Positions 9,433 through 18,234 of a stretch of DNA of 51,540 nt are shown here, piece by piece (the first letter of the stretch is position 1; each line of letters opens with the position of its first letter). The stretch comes from a virus (Duplodnaviria; Caudoviricetes), in IMG/VR virus record IMGVR_UViG_3300032203_000014, positions 1-51,540 of that record; one strand, written 5' to 3'. Position numbers and translations under genes: made by a program. The notes under the pieces are model-generated. The model worked only from the letters and a program-made list of their open reading frames with translations. It had not been told where the DNA came from and ran no database searches.

Positions 9433-10108
9433 TACCCGCCGCGAAAAGCTCATCTCAAAGCTGAAGAAGTGCCTTGCCCTCTCGGCATCACCGGAGCCGC
9501 ACGAGGCAGCTGCAGCGCTTCGGCATGCCCAGAAGCTTATGCGGGAATTGGACCTCACCGAGGCCGACCTGCTAGGCCTGGAACTCGCCGATGCACTCGT
9601 TAAAACACGCGAAGGCTTTGGCGCTTGCCGGACCATGAACTTCTTGGCCTCCATCATACAAGATACCTTTGGCGTACAATGTATCTTTGAGCGGAACCCC
9701 GGCTCCGCCAACCGCCTTAATGTCCGCTACGTTGGACCGCGAGATAGAGTGCTGATGGCCGAATACTCCCACAAAGTGGTGTGGAGGGCCATGCAAGCGT
9801 CGTGGGATACTGTGTTGATGAAATGGCCTCTACTGAAGGGCAATAGTGGCAAGCGGCAGGCTTTCCATATCGGTTGGCTGTGCGGCGTCCGTGAGAAGAT
9901 TGAGGCCTTGGTGCCTTCTGACGAAGAGACTGCAGCTGTCAATAGCTGGATTGCCCGCAAGTACGGCGAACTGACCCCGGGCAAAGAGGTGAGGAAGAAG
10001 CCCCTTAACGCCGCCGCATTCCACGCAGGCCAAGAGGCTGCAGCCGGGTTCAATCTGCATGTTCCCGTGGAGGAACAAGCTCTTGCCATCACTCATCAAG
10101 GAGCGTGA
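9425..10108 (+). CDS. DUF2786-domain protein
   Basis: N-terminal KLKKCLALSASPEPHEAAAALRHAQKLM signature. Confidence 0.8.
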   Translation: MDDTRREKLISKLKKCLALSASPEPHEAAAALRHAQKLMRELDLTEADLLGLELADALVKTREGFGACRTMNFLASIIQDTFGVQCIFERNPGSANRLNVRYVGPRDRVLMAEYSHKVVWRAMQASWDTVLMKWPLLKGNSGKRQAFHIGWLCGVREKIEALVPSDEETAAVNSWIARKYGELTPGKEVRKKPLNAAAFHAGQEAAAGFNLHVPVEEQALAITHQGA

Positions 10109-10109
10109 C

Positions 10110-10472
10110 ATGTTAACCGGCCCTCCCTCAATTCTTAGGCGGCTGGTATGGCTTTTGCTGACCGGAGACTTCAGGTCTCCGCTCCGCCACATACCGGAGT
10201 GTCAACCGTTCCGCCTGATACGCACCGGCCCCCGCTTTGACGTCCAAGCGATACCCGTGCAGGTTGATCCGCTTAACAAGAAAGTCTTTGCCCCCAATAC
10301 TCGGGTACGGGTACGCGTAAATGCCGGCTTTAACCGTGGGGCGCTTGGCAGGGTGGCCTATCACGCCCCCGACAACCTTGTCTGGGTTCGCCGTGACGGG
10401 GCGAGCTCTGACGTGTTCTTCTACCCCTACGAGTTGGAGGAGGTGGAAGAATGTCGCAGCGAATCTACGTAA
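10110..10472 (+). CDS. Hypothetical protein (possible SH3/KOW-like C-terminus)
   Basis: AAGGAG RBS; RVRVRVNAG..RGALGRV...VWVRRDG...FYPYELEEV. Confidence 0.55.
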   Translation: MLTGPPSILRRLVWLLLTGDFRSPLRHIPECQPFRLIRTGPRFDVQAIPVQVDPLNKKVFAPNTRVRVRVNAGFNRGALGRVAYHAPDNLVWVRRDGASSDVFFYPYELEEVEECRSEST

Positions 10473-10738
10473 TATTGGGAGGACCATTGGATGGCAAGGC
10501 ATTCCGGCCGGTAAGCAGTAAAATCCCAACCATGTATATTGACTTGGACACGTATGGCGATGAACTGGGCTCCGACACTGAATATCTCTATGAGGTAGTT
10601 CGGACGCCTCGCCCAAAGGATCCTCTCATGATACCGAAATGGGTGCTTGTGCATCCATCGGTACCAAGGGATGAGATTCTATGGTGGACATTCATGGCGA
10701 CAATGCGGGCCTTTGCTTTGGAGGTAATGAACAGATGA
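10451..10738 (+). CDS. Hypothetical protein
   Basis: GGAGG RBS; N-terminal GGPLDG motif common in small phage proteins. Confidence 0.55.
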   Translation: MSQRIYVILGGPLDGKAFRPVSSKIPTMYIDLDTYGDELGSDTEYLYEVVRTPRPKDPLMIPKWVLVHPSVPRDEILWWTFMATMRAFALEVMNR

Positions 10739-11139
10739 GCCATTGTGAGACACACAATATCAAAGAGCCCTGCATCCTGTGCGAGCGAGAAGCTTGGCCT
10801 GTCCGAGACATCTGGGCAGTGGCCGACTTCGCTGGGAACCCGGTAAATGGCTGGCCCGACGGGCTTCTTCCCGAGGTCAAGGCTATTCGGTTCAGTGAAG
10901 TGATCCGTATCATAGGGCGCAAGATTCGCGAGGTCGAGGACCACCGCCTGAAGGCAATGAAGCCCTTCCACGAAGCCAAGCGGCGCCTGCGGAATGAGGC
11001 CCGGGCAGTGGCGACCTTGAATCATGGCAAGCTGGAGTCTGCTGCGTGCTACTTGGCCCACGGGAGGCCGCCACCAGCTGACGACCAACTGATCGCCCTA
11101 TATATGCAAACTATTGAGGAAGATGAATCATCATGGTGA
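10735..11139 (+). CDS. Hypothetical protein
   Basis: GGAGG RBS; ATGA overlap with the upstream gene. Confidence 0.55.
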   Translation: MSHCETHNIKEPCILCEREAWPVRDIWAVADFAGNPVNGWPDGLLPEVKAIRFSEVIRIIGRKIREVEDHRLKAMKPFHEAKRRLRNEARAVATLNHGKLESAACYLAHGRPPPADDQLIALYMQTIEEDESSW

Positions 11140-11594
11140 CTTTAACCCATTACAACTACAAGCGGCGCTTTCCTGAATGGAGAGACCCGCCAACGTCCTG
11201 CGATTGCTGCGGCTCGAAGACCATTGAGCTGCGCAGCCATGACATCCTCTACAACGGCAGAGAGTATGGCGATTGGCCCTACATCTATTATTGTGATTGC
11301 TGCGGAGCCTCTGTTGGCCTGCATCCTTTCTCCGTTTACCCGCTCGGCACAATGGCGGACGCGGCCACGCGCTCGGCTCGCTCGGCTCGCTCGGCTCGCT
11401 CGGCTCGCTCGGCAGTACATGCCATTATTGATCCACTATGGAGGTCCGGCCGGTTCAACCGTAAGCAGGTCTATGCGATGATGGCCCGCTTGACAGGGCG
11501 CAAGACCTTCCACACGGGTGAACTATCCAAGGACGAATGCCATGCCACTGTTGTGGCCTTCCGTACCTGGGAGACGGTGGATGACTTCGCTTAG
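11133..11594 (+). CDS. DUF3268-like zinc-finger protein
   Basis: CDCCG...YYCDCCGASVGLHP...PLGTMAD...H..IDPLW...FHTG; contains an RSA tripeptide expansion. Confidence 0.75.
   Translation: MVTLTHYNYKRRFPEWRDPPTSCDCCGSKTIELRSHDILYNGREYGDWPYIYYCDCCGASVGLHPFSVYPLGTMADAATRSARSARSARSARSAVHAIIDPLWRSGRFNRKQVYAMMARLTGRKTFHTGELSKDECHATVVAFRTWETVDDFA
11370..11413 (+). repeat. 9-bp tandem repeat (CGCTCGGCT) x ~4.9
   Basis: Read directly; in frame, encodes RSARSARSARSARSA. Confidence 0.95.
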
Positions 11595-11657
11595 CTCAAG
11601 CGATAATATGGGAAGTTGAGGCGACTTCGGTCGCCAGCTTTTATTGGAGAATACTGA

Positions 11658-13886
11658 ATGGTTGAAGCACCTGCCCAGACAGTGACTGAGCCGCCCTTCA
11701 AGAAGAAATGGTCCCACACCAACCCAGACAAGGCAACGATCGACTTTGAGACACGATCGGCTTGCTCCATCAAGGATTGTGGATCATGGCGATATTCACT
11801 GGACCCGACGACACAAGCCATGTGCTTGGCGTTCCGTCTTCCCTATTGGGAGCACGGCCGGACTGCCCTATGGCACCCGGCCTTTCCTCAATTCGACATA
11901 CCAGAAGCAGACTGCCCAGAGCTTGAAGAACTGTTTGCCTGGATAGCCGCCGGCAAGTTGGTCGAGGCCCACAACACTTGGTTTGAGCGCGGCATCTGGA
12001 CCAACATCATGATGCCCCAATATGGTTGGCCCGAAGTCGGCCACCGACAATGGCGCTGCTCGGCGGCAAAAGCTGCAGCCTACTCTCTGCCTCGCTCGCT
12101 GGGCGGCTGCACACAGGCCCTGCGTCTATCCGTCAAGAAGGATAGCGAGGGGGCCAAGAACATGAAGAAGATGGCCAAGCCTCGCAAGCCAAAAAAGTTG
12201 GAGGCTAAGAACTGGCTTATTGCCCATCAGGGTTGGAATCCTAAAGATCGGGATGACAAGGAGATAATCAAGTCGCTGGACTTCACTGTCACGGTAGTAG
12301 CGGATGGCTCGGTCATTGACGCTCGCTGGTTTGATGGTGAATGGCAAGAGGGTTCCTTCAAGCTCGGCCTCTATTGGTACGAGTCGCCCGAAATGCTCGA
12401 TCGCCTCTTCTCCTATTGCCGGGTTGACGTCTTGGCAGAAGAGGCAGTATCTGAGCGCCTGCGCGACCTGTCACCCAAAGAGACTGAGGTCTACCTCATG
12501 GACCAGGCCATCAACCAACATGGCTTCCAGCTGGACCGTGAAGGCGTTGAGGCTGCACTGGATATTGTCGAAGGTCTTAACGCCGAGCTCAATAAGGAGC
12601 TGGTAGAGCTTACCGAGGGCCGCGTAGAAAAGGCGACTCAACGGGTACGCATGATTGATTGGTTCAACGACATGGGCTTGCCGTTGACCGACACTCAAGG
12701 CGGCACGATCGACGAATGGTTGCGCCGGCAAGATCTGAATCCCAAGGTACGGCGCGGTCTGGAGCTCGTCAGGTCTCTCGGCAGGACAAGTACAGCGAAG
12801 TTCATAGCTGCGCAGAACTGGGCCAGCCCGGACGCCTGGCGGGTGCATGGTGGCTTGCTCTACCACGGAGCGGGTACCGGCAGATGGTCCGGCTCGGGCG
12901 TCCAGCCGCACAACTTCCCACGCGGCAATATCAAGGATATGGAATTTGCCTGGGAAGTCATTAAGATGAGAGACGTCCAGCTCATCGAGATGCTTTATGG
13001 CGACGTGATGGAATTCCTGTCTTTCGCCTTACGTGGGATGATTATCCCGAGCAAGGGCCGGAAGCTGATGGTGGCCGACTATGCCGCTATTGAGGCCCGG
13101 GTTGTACTCTGGCTGGCCGGCGATGAAGACGCCCTTGGAGTGTTCCGCCGCGGTGAGTGCATCTACATGGCGATGGCGACTGATATTTATGGTCGCCCTA
13201 TTACGGACAAGGTAAAGCAGGCAGACGAGCGCCAGATGGGTAAGCAGGCCGTCCTCGGCCTGGGCTACCAGATGGGAGCTAAAAAGTTCCGCGGCACACT
13301 GGCGGAGAAGTGGGGCATCTTCATTGATGAGGCCTTTGCCGAGCAGATTGTTGCCAAGTACCGGGAGAAATTCTGGCGCATCAAGAAAATGTGGTGGGAC
13401 CAGGAACAGGCGGCAATTGCGGCTACCCGCGCTCCCGGTCGGACTGTTGCATGCGGGAAAGTGTCCTGGCGGGTTATTGATGGGTTCCTACACTGCAAGC
13501 TGCCGAGCGGCCGCCTGTTGGGGTATTGCGAGCCCCTCATCATCAAGAAGAAAACCCCATGGGGCGAAGAGCGCGAAGCTCTTACCTATATGGGCGTGGA
13601 CACATATACCAAGAAATGGCGCCGGCAGGATACCTATGGCGGGATGCTGGTGGAGAACATCACCCAAGCGACTGCCCGGGACTTGATGGCTGATGCCATG
13701 CTCCGTAACCATGAACAGGGGACCTACGACGTCATTCTTTCGGTGCATGATGAACTCCTTGCCGAATGTGATGAGGATGAAGGTGACATAAAGGACTTCG
13801 AAATGGCGATGGCACATACCGAAGAATGGGCTGAAGGCTGCCCGGTAGCGGCTGAAGGCTGGACAGGACGCAGGTACAAGAAATGA
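11658..13886 (+). CDS. polA: DNA polymerase, family A, with 3'-5' exonuclease
   Basis: Exo I DFETRS; Exo II HNTWFE; Exo III YCRVDV; motif A DYAAIEAR; motif B RQMGKQAVLGLGY; motif C VHDE. Confidence 0.95.
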   Translation: MVEAPAQTVTEPPFKKKWSHTNPDKATIDFETRSACSIKDCGSWRYSLDPTTQAMCLAFRLPYWEHGRTALWHPAFPQFDIPEADCPELEELFAWIAAGKLVEAHNTWFERGIWTNIMMPQYGWPEVGHRQWRCSAAKAAAYSLPRSLGGCTQALRLSVKKDSEGAKNMKKMAKPRKPKKLEAKNWLIAHQGWNPKDRDDKEIIKSLDFTVTVVADGSVIDARWFDGEWQEGSFKLGLYWYESPEMLDRLFSYCRVDVLAEEAVSERLRDLSPKETEVYLMDQAINQHGFQLDREGVEAALDIVEGLNAELNKELVELTEGRVEKATQRVRMIDWFNDMGLPLTDTQGGTIDEWLRRQDLNPKVRRGLELVRSLGRTSTAKFIAAQNWASPDAWRVHGGLLYHGAGTGRWSGSGVQPHNFPRGNIKDMEFAWEVIKMRDVQLIEMLYGDVMEFLSFALRGMIIPSKGRKLMVADYAAIEARVVLWLAGDEDALGVFRRGECIYMAMATDIYGRPITDKVKQADERQMGKQAVLGLGYQMGAKKFRGTLAEKWGIFIDEAFAEQIVAKYREKFWRIKKMWWDQEQAAIAATRAPGRTVACGKVSWRVIDGFLHCKLPSGRLLGYCEPLIIKKKTPWGEEREALTYMGVDTYTKKWRRQDTYGGMLVENITQATARDLMADAMLRNHEQGTYDVILSVHDELLAECDEDEGDIKDFEMAMAHTEEWAEGCPVAAEGWTGRRYKK

Positions 13887-15361
13887 GTGAGAATTATCCT
13901 TTACGGCTTCCCAACTTTAAGCACCAGCAGACAGAATGGGAGCGCTATCGTGATGATGACGCTCGCGCCCTTCTTTGGCAAATGAGAACCGGAAAAACTA
14001 AGGCAACACTGGACGTCGCCTGCTACCGCCACTCCAAAGGCGATATTGATGGCCTCTTGATCTTGGCTCCCAATGGTGTTCATTGTAATTGGATTCGGCG
14101 GCAGATGCCTATCCACATGTGGGAGACCATCAAATACCAGGCCCATGCTTGGCAATCGAGCGAAGCCCACAAACCAAGCCATGCGGCAAGCCTTGAGCGC
14201 ACTCTGGGCTACAGGGATGGCCTTGCCATCTTGGCGGTGAACTCCGAGTCCATCATCCACGATAAGCCAGCAGCCATCATCAAGCGGTTCCTCAAGAAGC
14301 GCAATGTGATGCTGGTCGTCGATGAGTCCCATGACTTCCGCTCGCCGGGCAGCCGCAGGACCAAGCGGGTTAAGGCCCTCAAGAACTATTGTAAGGTGCG
14401 GCGCATCCTTACTGGCACTGCGACATCCAACAGTCCGCTGGCCGCCTATAGCCAGTTCAACATCCTAGCCGATGGGGCGCTAGGCCATACCCGCTTTGCG
14501 GACTTTGAGGCTGAGTATGCCGTCTATGTAGAGAAGCGTACAAAGGCAGGAAAGTCTTACCCTTCTCTTGAGTCTTACAGGAATCTGGACGGCCTACAAG
14601 AGCAGATCGCTAAATGGGCCTCGGTGGTCCTCCGGGAAGACGTTGACGATATGCCTGCACTGCTTATGGATGAGCACACCGTGGTCCTTCCAGACCGCCT
14701 GATGGAGGCGTATCGCACGCTCGTCAAGGAGTTCATCATCGAGCTCGAAGATGGTGGTGAAGTCGAGGCCCTGGAAGGCGGCGCAAGGCTCATCAAGCTG
14801 CAGCAGATTCTTAGCGGCTGGGTTATCGACTCAGAAGGCTTTGCCCGCGACTTGGTAACTGATGAGGAAAATCCAAGGCTGCAAGGCCTGCTGGAAGAAG
14901 TCCAGTCTGCCGATCGTAAGTGCATTGTATGGTGCAAATACCGGGAGGATATTCGGCGAGTAGTTCGGACACTCACGGCTGCGGGCAAGCGCTGTGTGGA
15001 ATACCATGGAGCCATCCATTCTCAGTCCAAGCGCCAAGAAGCCATTGACCTGTTCAATATGGACCCGTCAGTGGATGTCTTTGTTGGGCAACCCAAAGCA
15101 GGCGGCCAGGGCCTCGATCTTTCGGCGGCAGACTTGATCCTGTGGTATTCCCACACATTCGACTTGATCGAGCGTGACCAGGCCAACGAGCGGGCAACCC
15201 AGATTGGCGGCAGAACTGTCACCCTTAAGGATTTTGTCACCCCCGGAACAGTCGACGAGTATATCCTGTCAAATCTGAATGACAAGCGTTCGGTATCCGA
15301 CTCACTTACCGGCCGCGGCCTCCGTGATAGGCTGCTGGCGCTATTCCGGTCTCAGCTGTGA
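13883..15361 (+). CDS. SNF2-like superfamily 2 DNA helicase
   Basis: MRTGKT, VVDESH, LTGT and GGQGLDL...QANERATQIG motifs. Confidence 0.9.
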   Translation: MSENYPLRLPNFKHQQTEWERYRDDDARALLWQMRTGKTKATLDVACYRHSKGDIDGLLILAPNGVHCNWIRRQMPIHMWETIKYQAHAWQSSEAHKPSHAASLERTLGYRDGLAILAVNSESIIHDKPAAIIKRFLKKRNVMLVVDESHDFRSPGSRRTKRVKALKNYCKVRRILTGTATSNSPLAAYSQFNILADGALGHTRFADFEAEYAVYVEKRTKAGKSYPSLESYRNLDGLQEQIAKWASVVLREDVDDMPALLMDEHTVVLPDRLMEAYRTLVKEFIIELEDGGEVEALEGGARLIKLQQILSGWVIDSEGFARDLVTDEENPRLQGLLEEVQSADRKCIVWCKYREDIRRVVRTLTAAGKRCVEYHGAIHSQSKRQEAIDLFNMDPSVDVFVGQPKAGGQGLDLSAADLILWYSHTFDLIERDQANERATQIGGRTVTLKDFVTPGTVDEYILSNLNDKRSVSDSLTGRGLRDRLLALFRSQL

Positions 15362-15495
15362 TAGCGCCGAGCCTTTCGAATAAACAACGGTACAACCAAG
15401 GCATGAGCCCACGGTACATTCTTTTCACCGACACAAGCCGTGTCGATTACCCAGCGGGTCACCGCTAACCCAAAGACTCTACGAAGGAGAGCACC

Positions 15496-16041
15496 ATGAC
15501 CGAAGCAACCACCAACGAGAACGCCGGCACCGAGAACGCGGGCGAAAACCAAAAGCCCGCCGCTCCCAAGGCCCCTGGTGTGGGCGACGTCGCCAAGGAG
15601 CTGATCCGCGGCGGCAAGACCAACGAGGAGGTGCTGGCTGCTGTCAAGGAGCAGTTCCCGGACTCCAAGACCTCCATGGCCAGTATCAACTGGTACCGCA
15701 ACAAGCTGCGCAGTGACGGTGAAGACGTGCCGACCGCCCGTGAGCTGAAGGCGGACAGCAAGGCCGAAGAAAAGGCCGCCAAGGAACAAGCCAAGGCCGA
15801 AAAGAAGGCGAAGGCTGAAGCTGAAAAGGCCGAAAAGAAGGCGAAGGCTGAAGCTGAAAAGGCTGAAAAGAAAGCTGCCGCCGAAGCCGCCAAGGCTGAA
15901 AAGAAGGCTGCCGCCGAAGCCGCCAAGGCTGAAAAGAAGGCTGCCGCCGACAAGGCCAAGGCTGATGCCGAGTTGGCGAAGGCCAAGGCCGCACCTGCCG
16001 ACAAGCCCGCTGCTGGCAAGGGCCAGGACTTCCTGAATTAA
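15496..16041 (+). CDS. Putative DNA-binding protein: helical N-terminal module plus histone-H1-like Ala/Lys tail
   Basis: GAAGGAG RBS; 33-bp tandem repeats encode EKKAKAEAEKA / EKKAAAEAAKA; N-terminal module shared with the MuF protein. Confidence 0.7.
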   Translation: MTEATTNENAGTENAGENQKPAAPKAPGVGDVAKELIRGGKTNEEVLAAVKEQFPDSKTSMASINWYRNKLRSDGEDVPTARELKADSKAEEKAAKEQAKAEKKAKAEAEKAEKKAKAEAEKAEKKAAAEAAKAEKKAAAEAAKAEKKAAADKAKADAELAKAKAAPADKPAAGKGQDFLN

Positions 16042-16074
16042 GTCGGCGCTGGACCAGTAACGGCAAATGAGGGG

Positions 16075-16103
16075 TTCCCTCCAAGCCTAGTACCTGGTAA
16101 TAT
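16075..16103 (+). promoter_or_regulatory. Phage promoter family member (TTCCCT-N17-TAATAT)
   Basis: Matches the family consensus with a 17-bp spacer. Confidence 0.5.
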
Positions 16104-16140
16104 AAGGGGACGAGTTGCGAAACTCGTCCCCTTTCTCTTT
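16104..16140 (+). terminator. Rho-independent terminator
   Basis: 13-bp stem AAGGGGACGAGTT-GCGA-AACTCGTCCCCTT followed by TCTCTTT. Confidence 0.8.
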
Positions 16141-17160
16141 ATGGAGTCCAGCATCATGACCGTACAATTTGCCCAAGTCTATTTTGTGCGCGGCGAAATG
16201 CCAAGCAGCCAGCGTACCCGATTCGAAGTAAAAGACCCGCCTACCGCGGGTTGGGGCCACGTTGCCATTATCCCCGGTCCCAAGCGATCGACCCTGTTGA
16301 GCCCGTTCTCGTTGGAAGCTTGGCAGGTCAGCAACACCTGCGACGAGCTGAAGTCCGCCAAGTATGTGGACGTGGCCCCTGAGCGCCTCGCCCACTTCAT
16401 CAATGAAGCATGGGAGCAATGCGTCAGACTTGGCTTCCAGCGAGACTTTGGTGTGGCAGCTATGATTCTCTTCGAGCTCGGCCAGCCGCAGTTCCTACCA
16501 CCACCTCCAAGCGAGCGCCATGGAGAAGAGGACAAAACCCGCGGCGGCAAGCCCGTGGCCGAAGACAGTCTCAAGCCCTGCAATCCTGACAGCAAGCGCG
16601 CAGCAGTGGCCCGCTTCTTTATGGTGGAAGAGCCTCAGTCCCTGCACGAGGCGATGGCCAAGCTGGGCCTCACCCGCTCGGGCGTTCTGTCCCACCTATT
16701 CACTCTCAACAAAGACCACGGCGTGGGGTATGAGCTAGTCCGCGATTGCGCCCGCCTCATCGTGCCCGAGGGCTTCGATCTGTTTGATTGGGTTGCTCCT
16801 GTCAAAGCCGAAAAGCCTGCGCCCGTCAATTCTGACGGCTCTCCAAAAGAGCCTCCCAAGAAGCGTACCAGTGGAAAGCCCATTGTGGAGGAAAGGCTGA
16901 AGCCCATTCCCGAGCCCGGTAAGCGCGCTCAAATTGCCCGCATCTTCCTAGACTGGGCCCCAATAGCTCAGGGGCAAGAAGCCCTCGACATCGACCGCTC
17001 CGCCGTACTGTCCCACCTCTTCACCATCAATAAAGAGAATGGGCTAGGCTACGAGCTGTCCGAGGACTCGACTCAGGCGAGGCTGCTGATACCCGATGGG
17101 CATGAGATGTTCTGTGCCAAGCAGCCGAGGACCAAGAAGGCTGCTCCTGCCTCGGAGTGA
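16141..17160 (+). CDS. Protein with two tandem winged-HTH-like repeats (putative transcription regulator)
   Basis: Duplicated ~85-aa unit containing RSGVLSHLFTLNKDHGVGYEL / RSAVLSHLFTINKENGLGYEL; the true start may be the second Met. Confidence 0.7.
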   Translation: MESSIMTVQFAQVYFVRGEMPSSQRTRFEVKDPPTAGWGHVAIIPGPKRSTLLSPFSLEAWQVSNTCDELKSAKYVDVAPERLAHFINEAWEQCVRLGFQRDFGVAAMILFELGQPQFLPPPPSERHGEEDKTRGGKPVAEDSLKPCNPDSKRAAVARFFMVEEPQSLHEAMAKLGLTRSGVLSHLFTLNKDHGVGYELVRDCARLIVPEGFDLFDWVAPVKAEKPAPVNSDGSPKEPPKKRTSGKPIVEERLKPIPEPGKRAQIARIFLDWAPIAQGQEALDIDRSAVLSHLFTINKENGLGYELSEDSTQARLLIPDGHEMFCAKQPRTKKAAPASE

Positions 17161-17164
17161 CCGA

Positions 17165-17428
17165 ATGGTCCGATTAACAGAGGCCCAAGTAGCGGGGAAT
17201 GTCTTAGCTCAAGCCGGCATTCCCTTCACTGTGCAGAGGGGCAAAAAGCACAACAAAGTAAGATGGGAGATAGGCGGCAAAGCCTACTCCTATTCTTGCG
17301 CCTTAACGCCGTCGGATTGGCGGGCAAGCAAGAACTGCCAATGCGCGGTCCGACGAGTACTGCGGGCGGCCGGGTTTAACCCAGATGCCCATCAAGTGAT
17401 AGAAGATGGCTCGAGCAGAGAAGCTTGA
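17165..17428 (+). CDS. HicA-like (dsRBD-fold) small protein
   Basis: GKKHNKVRW...TPSDWRASKN...VRRVLR pattern typical of phage HicA-like proteins; GGAG RBS. Confidence 0.55.
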   Translation: MVRLTEAQVAGNVLAQAGIPFTVQRGKKHNKVRWEIGGKAYSYSCALTPSDWRASKNCQCAVRRVLRAAGFNPDAHQVIEDGSSREA

Positions 17429-17475
17429 GCCTCATAATAGAACCTTAAATAACCCGCTCAATAGGAGAGCACTGA

Positions 17476-18234
17476 ATGACTTCCTCCCATATCAATAACG
17501 CCTTTGTCGCTGCCTTTGTCGCCCGCCTCTTGGCCGGCGCCGATAAGTTCAATCGTGAGGTGATCGACCTGCCCATCCCGGAAACGCCCAAGCTGTTGTC
17601 CACGCAGCGTGGCAAGTTCGCCATCGGCGCCCTGCAAGAAGAATTGACTGAGTTCTCCGAGGCCCTAGTTGACAAGGACATCCTCGAGGCCAGTGACGCA
17701 TTGATTGACCTTATCTACTTCGCCATCGGCCGTCTTGTTGAAATGGGCGTGCCGGCCGGCTTGGTGTTTGATGAAGTACAGCGGGCCAACATGGACAAAG
17801 AGCGGGGTGAACTGTCCAAGCGCGCCAACTCTCTGGGCTATGACGCCGTGAAGCCCAAAGGCTGGAAGGCTCCTGACCATTCGGCTCTACTGACCTTCGA
17901 CAAGAGCGCGGTGGAACGTGCGGCTCAGTTTGAAGCCATGTCCCCCATCCTTAAGAAGGCCGTTGCTCTACGTGCCAAGAAAGGCAATGACTACAACTCA
18001 GGTCCGACACTGCACGACTACTTCCCCTTTGGGCACCTGTCTTATGCACAGATGCTCCATGTGAAGATGCTCCGCATCCATTCACTGCTGGCCGTTATCG
18101 CCAAGGGTGGCAAGCCGAATTTCGAGGGCATCAGTGATACCCTAGAAGACCTTATCAACTATATTTCCTTCTATGCTGAAGCCATTGCTGATGGTTCAGC
18201 CGATCAACCCACCTACGGAGCTATTGCAAAATGA
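17476..18234 (+). CDS. Fusion of a MazG/dUTPase-like pyrophosphohydrolase and a DUF1599 (Nmad1)-like domain
   Basis: N-terminal QEELTEF...DALIDLIYFAIG...EVQRANMDK...KPKGWKAPD; C-terminal KKGNDYN...KMLRI...EGISDTLEDLINY. Confidence 0.8.
   Translation: MTSSHINNAFVAAFVARLLAGADKFNREVIDLPIPETPKLLSTQRGKFAIGALQEELTEFSEALVDKDILEASDALIDLIYFAIGRLVEMGVPAGLVFDEVQRANMDKERGELSKRANSLGYDAVKPKGWKAPDHSALLTFDKSAVERAAQFEAMSPILKKAVALRAKKGNDYNSGPTLHDYFPFGHLSYAQMLHVKMLRIHSLLAVIAKGGKPNFEGISDTLEDLINYISFYAEAIADGSADQPTYGAIAK

Noticed and set aside
15780-15960. Ala/Lys repeats as a TolA or membrane-spanning homologue
   Set aside because: No TM segment; the similarity is compositional only.
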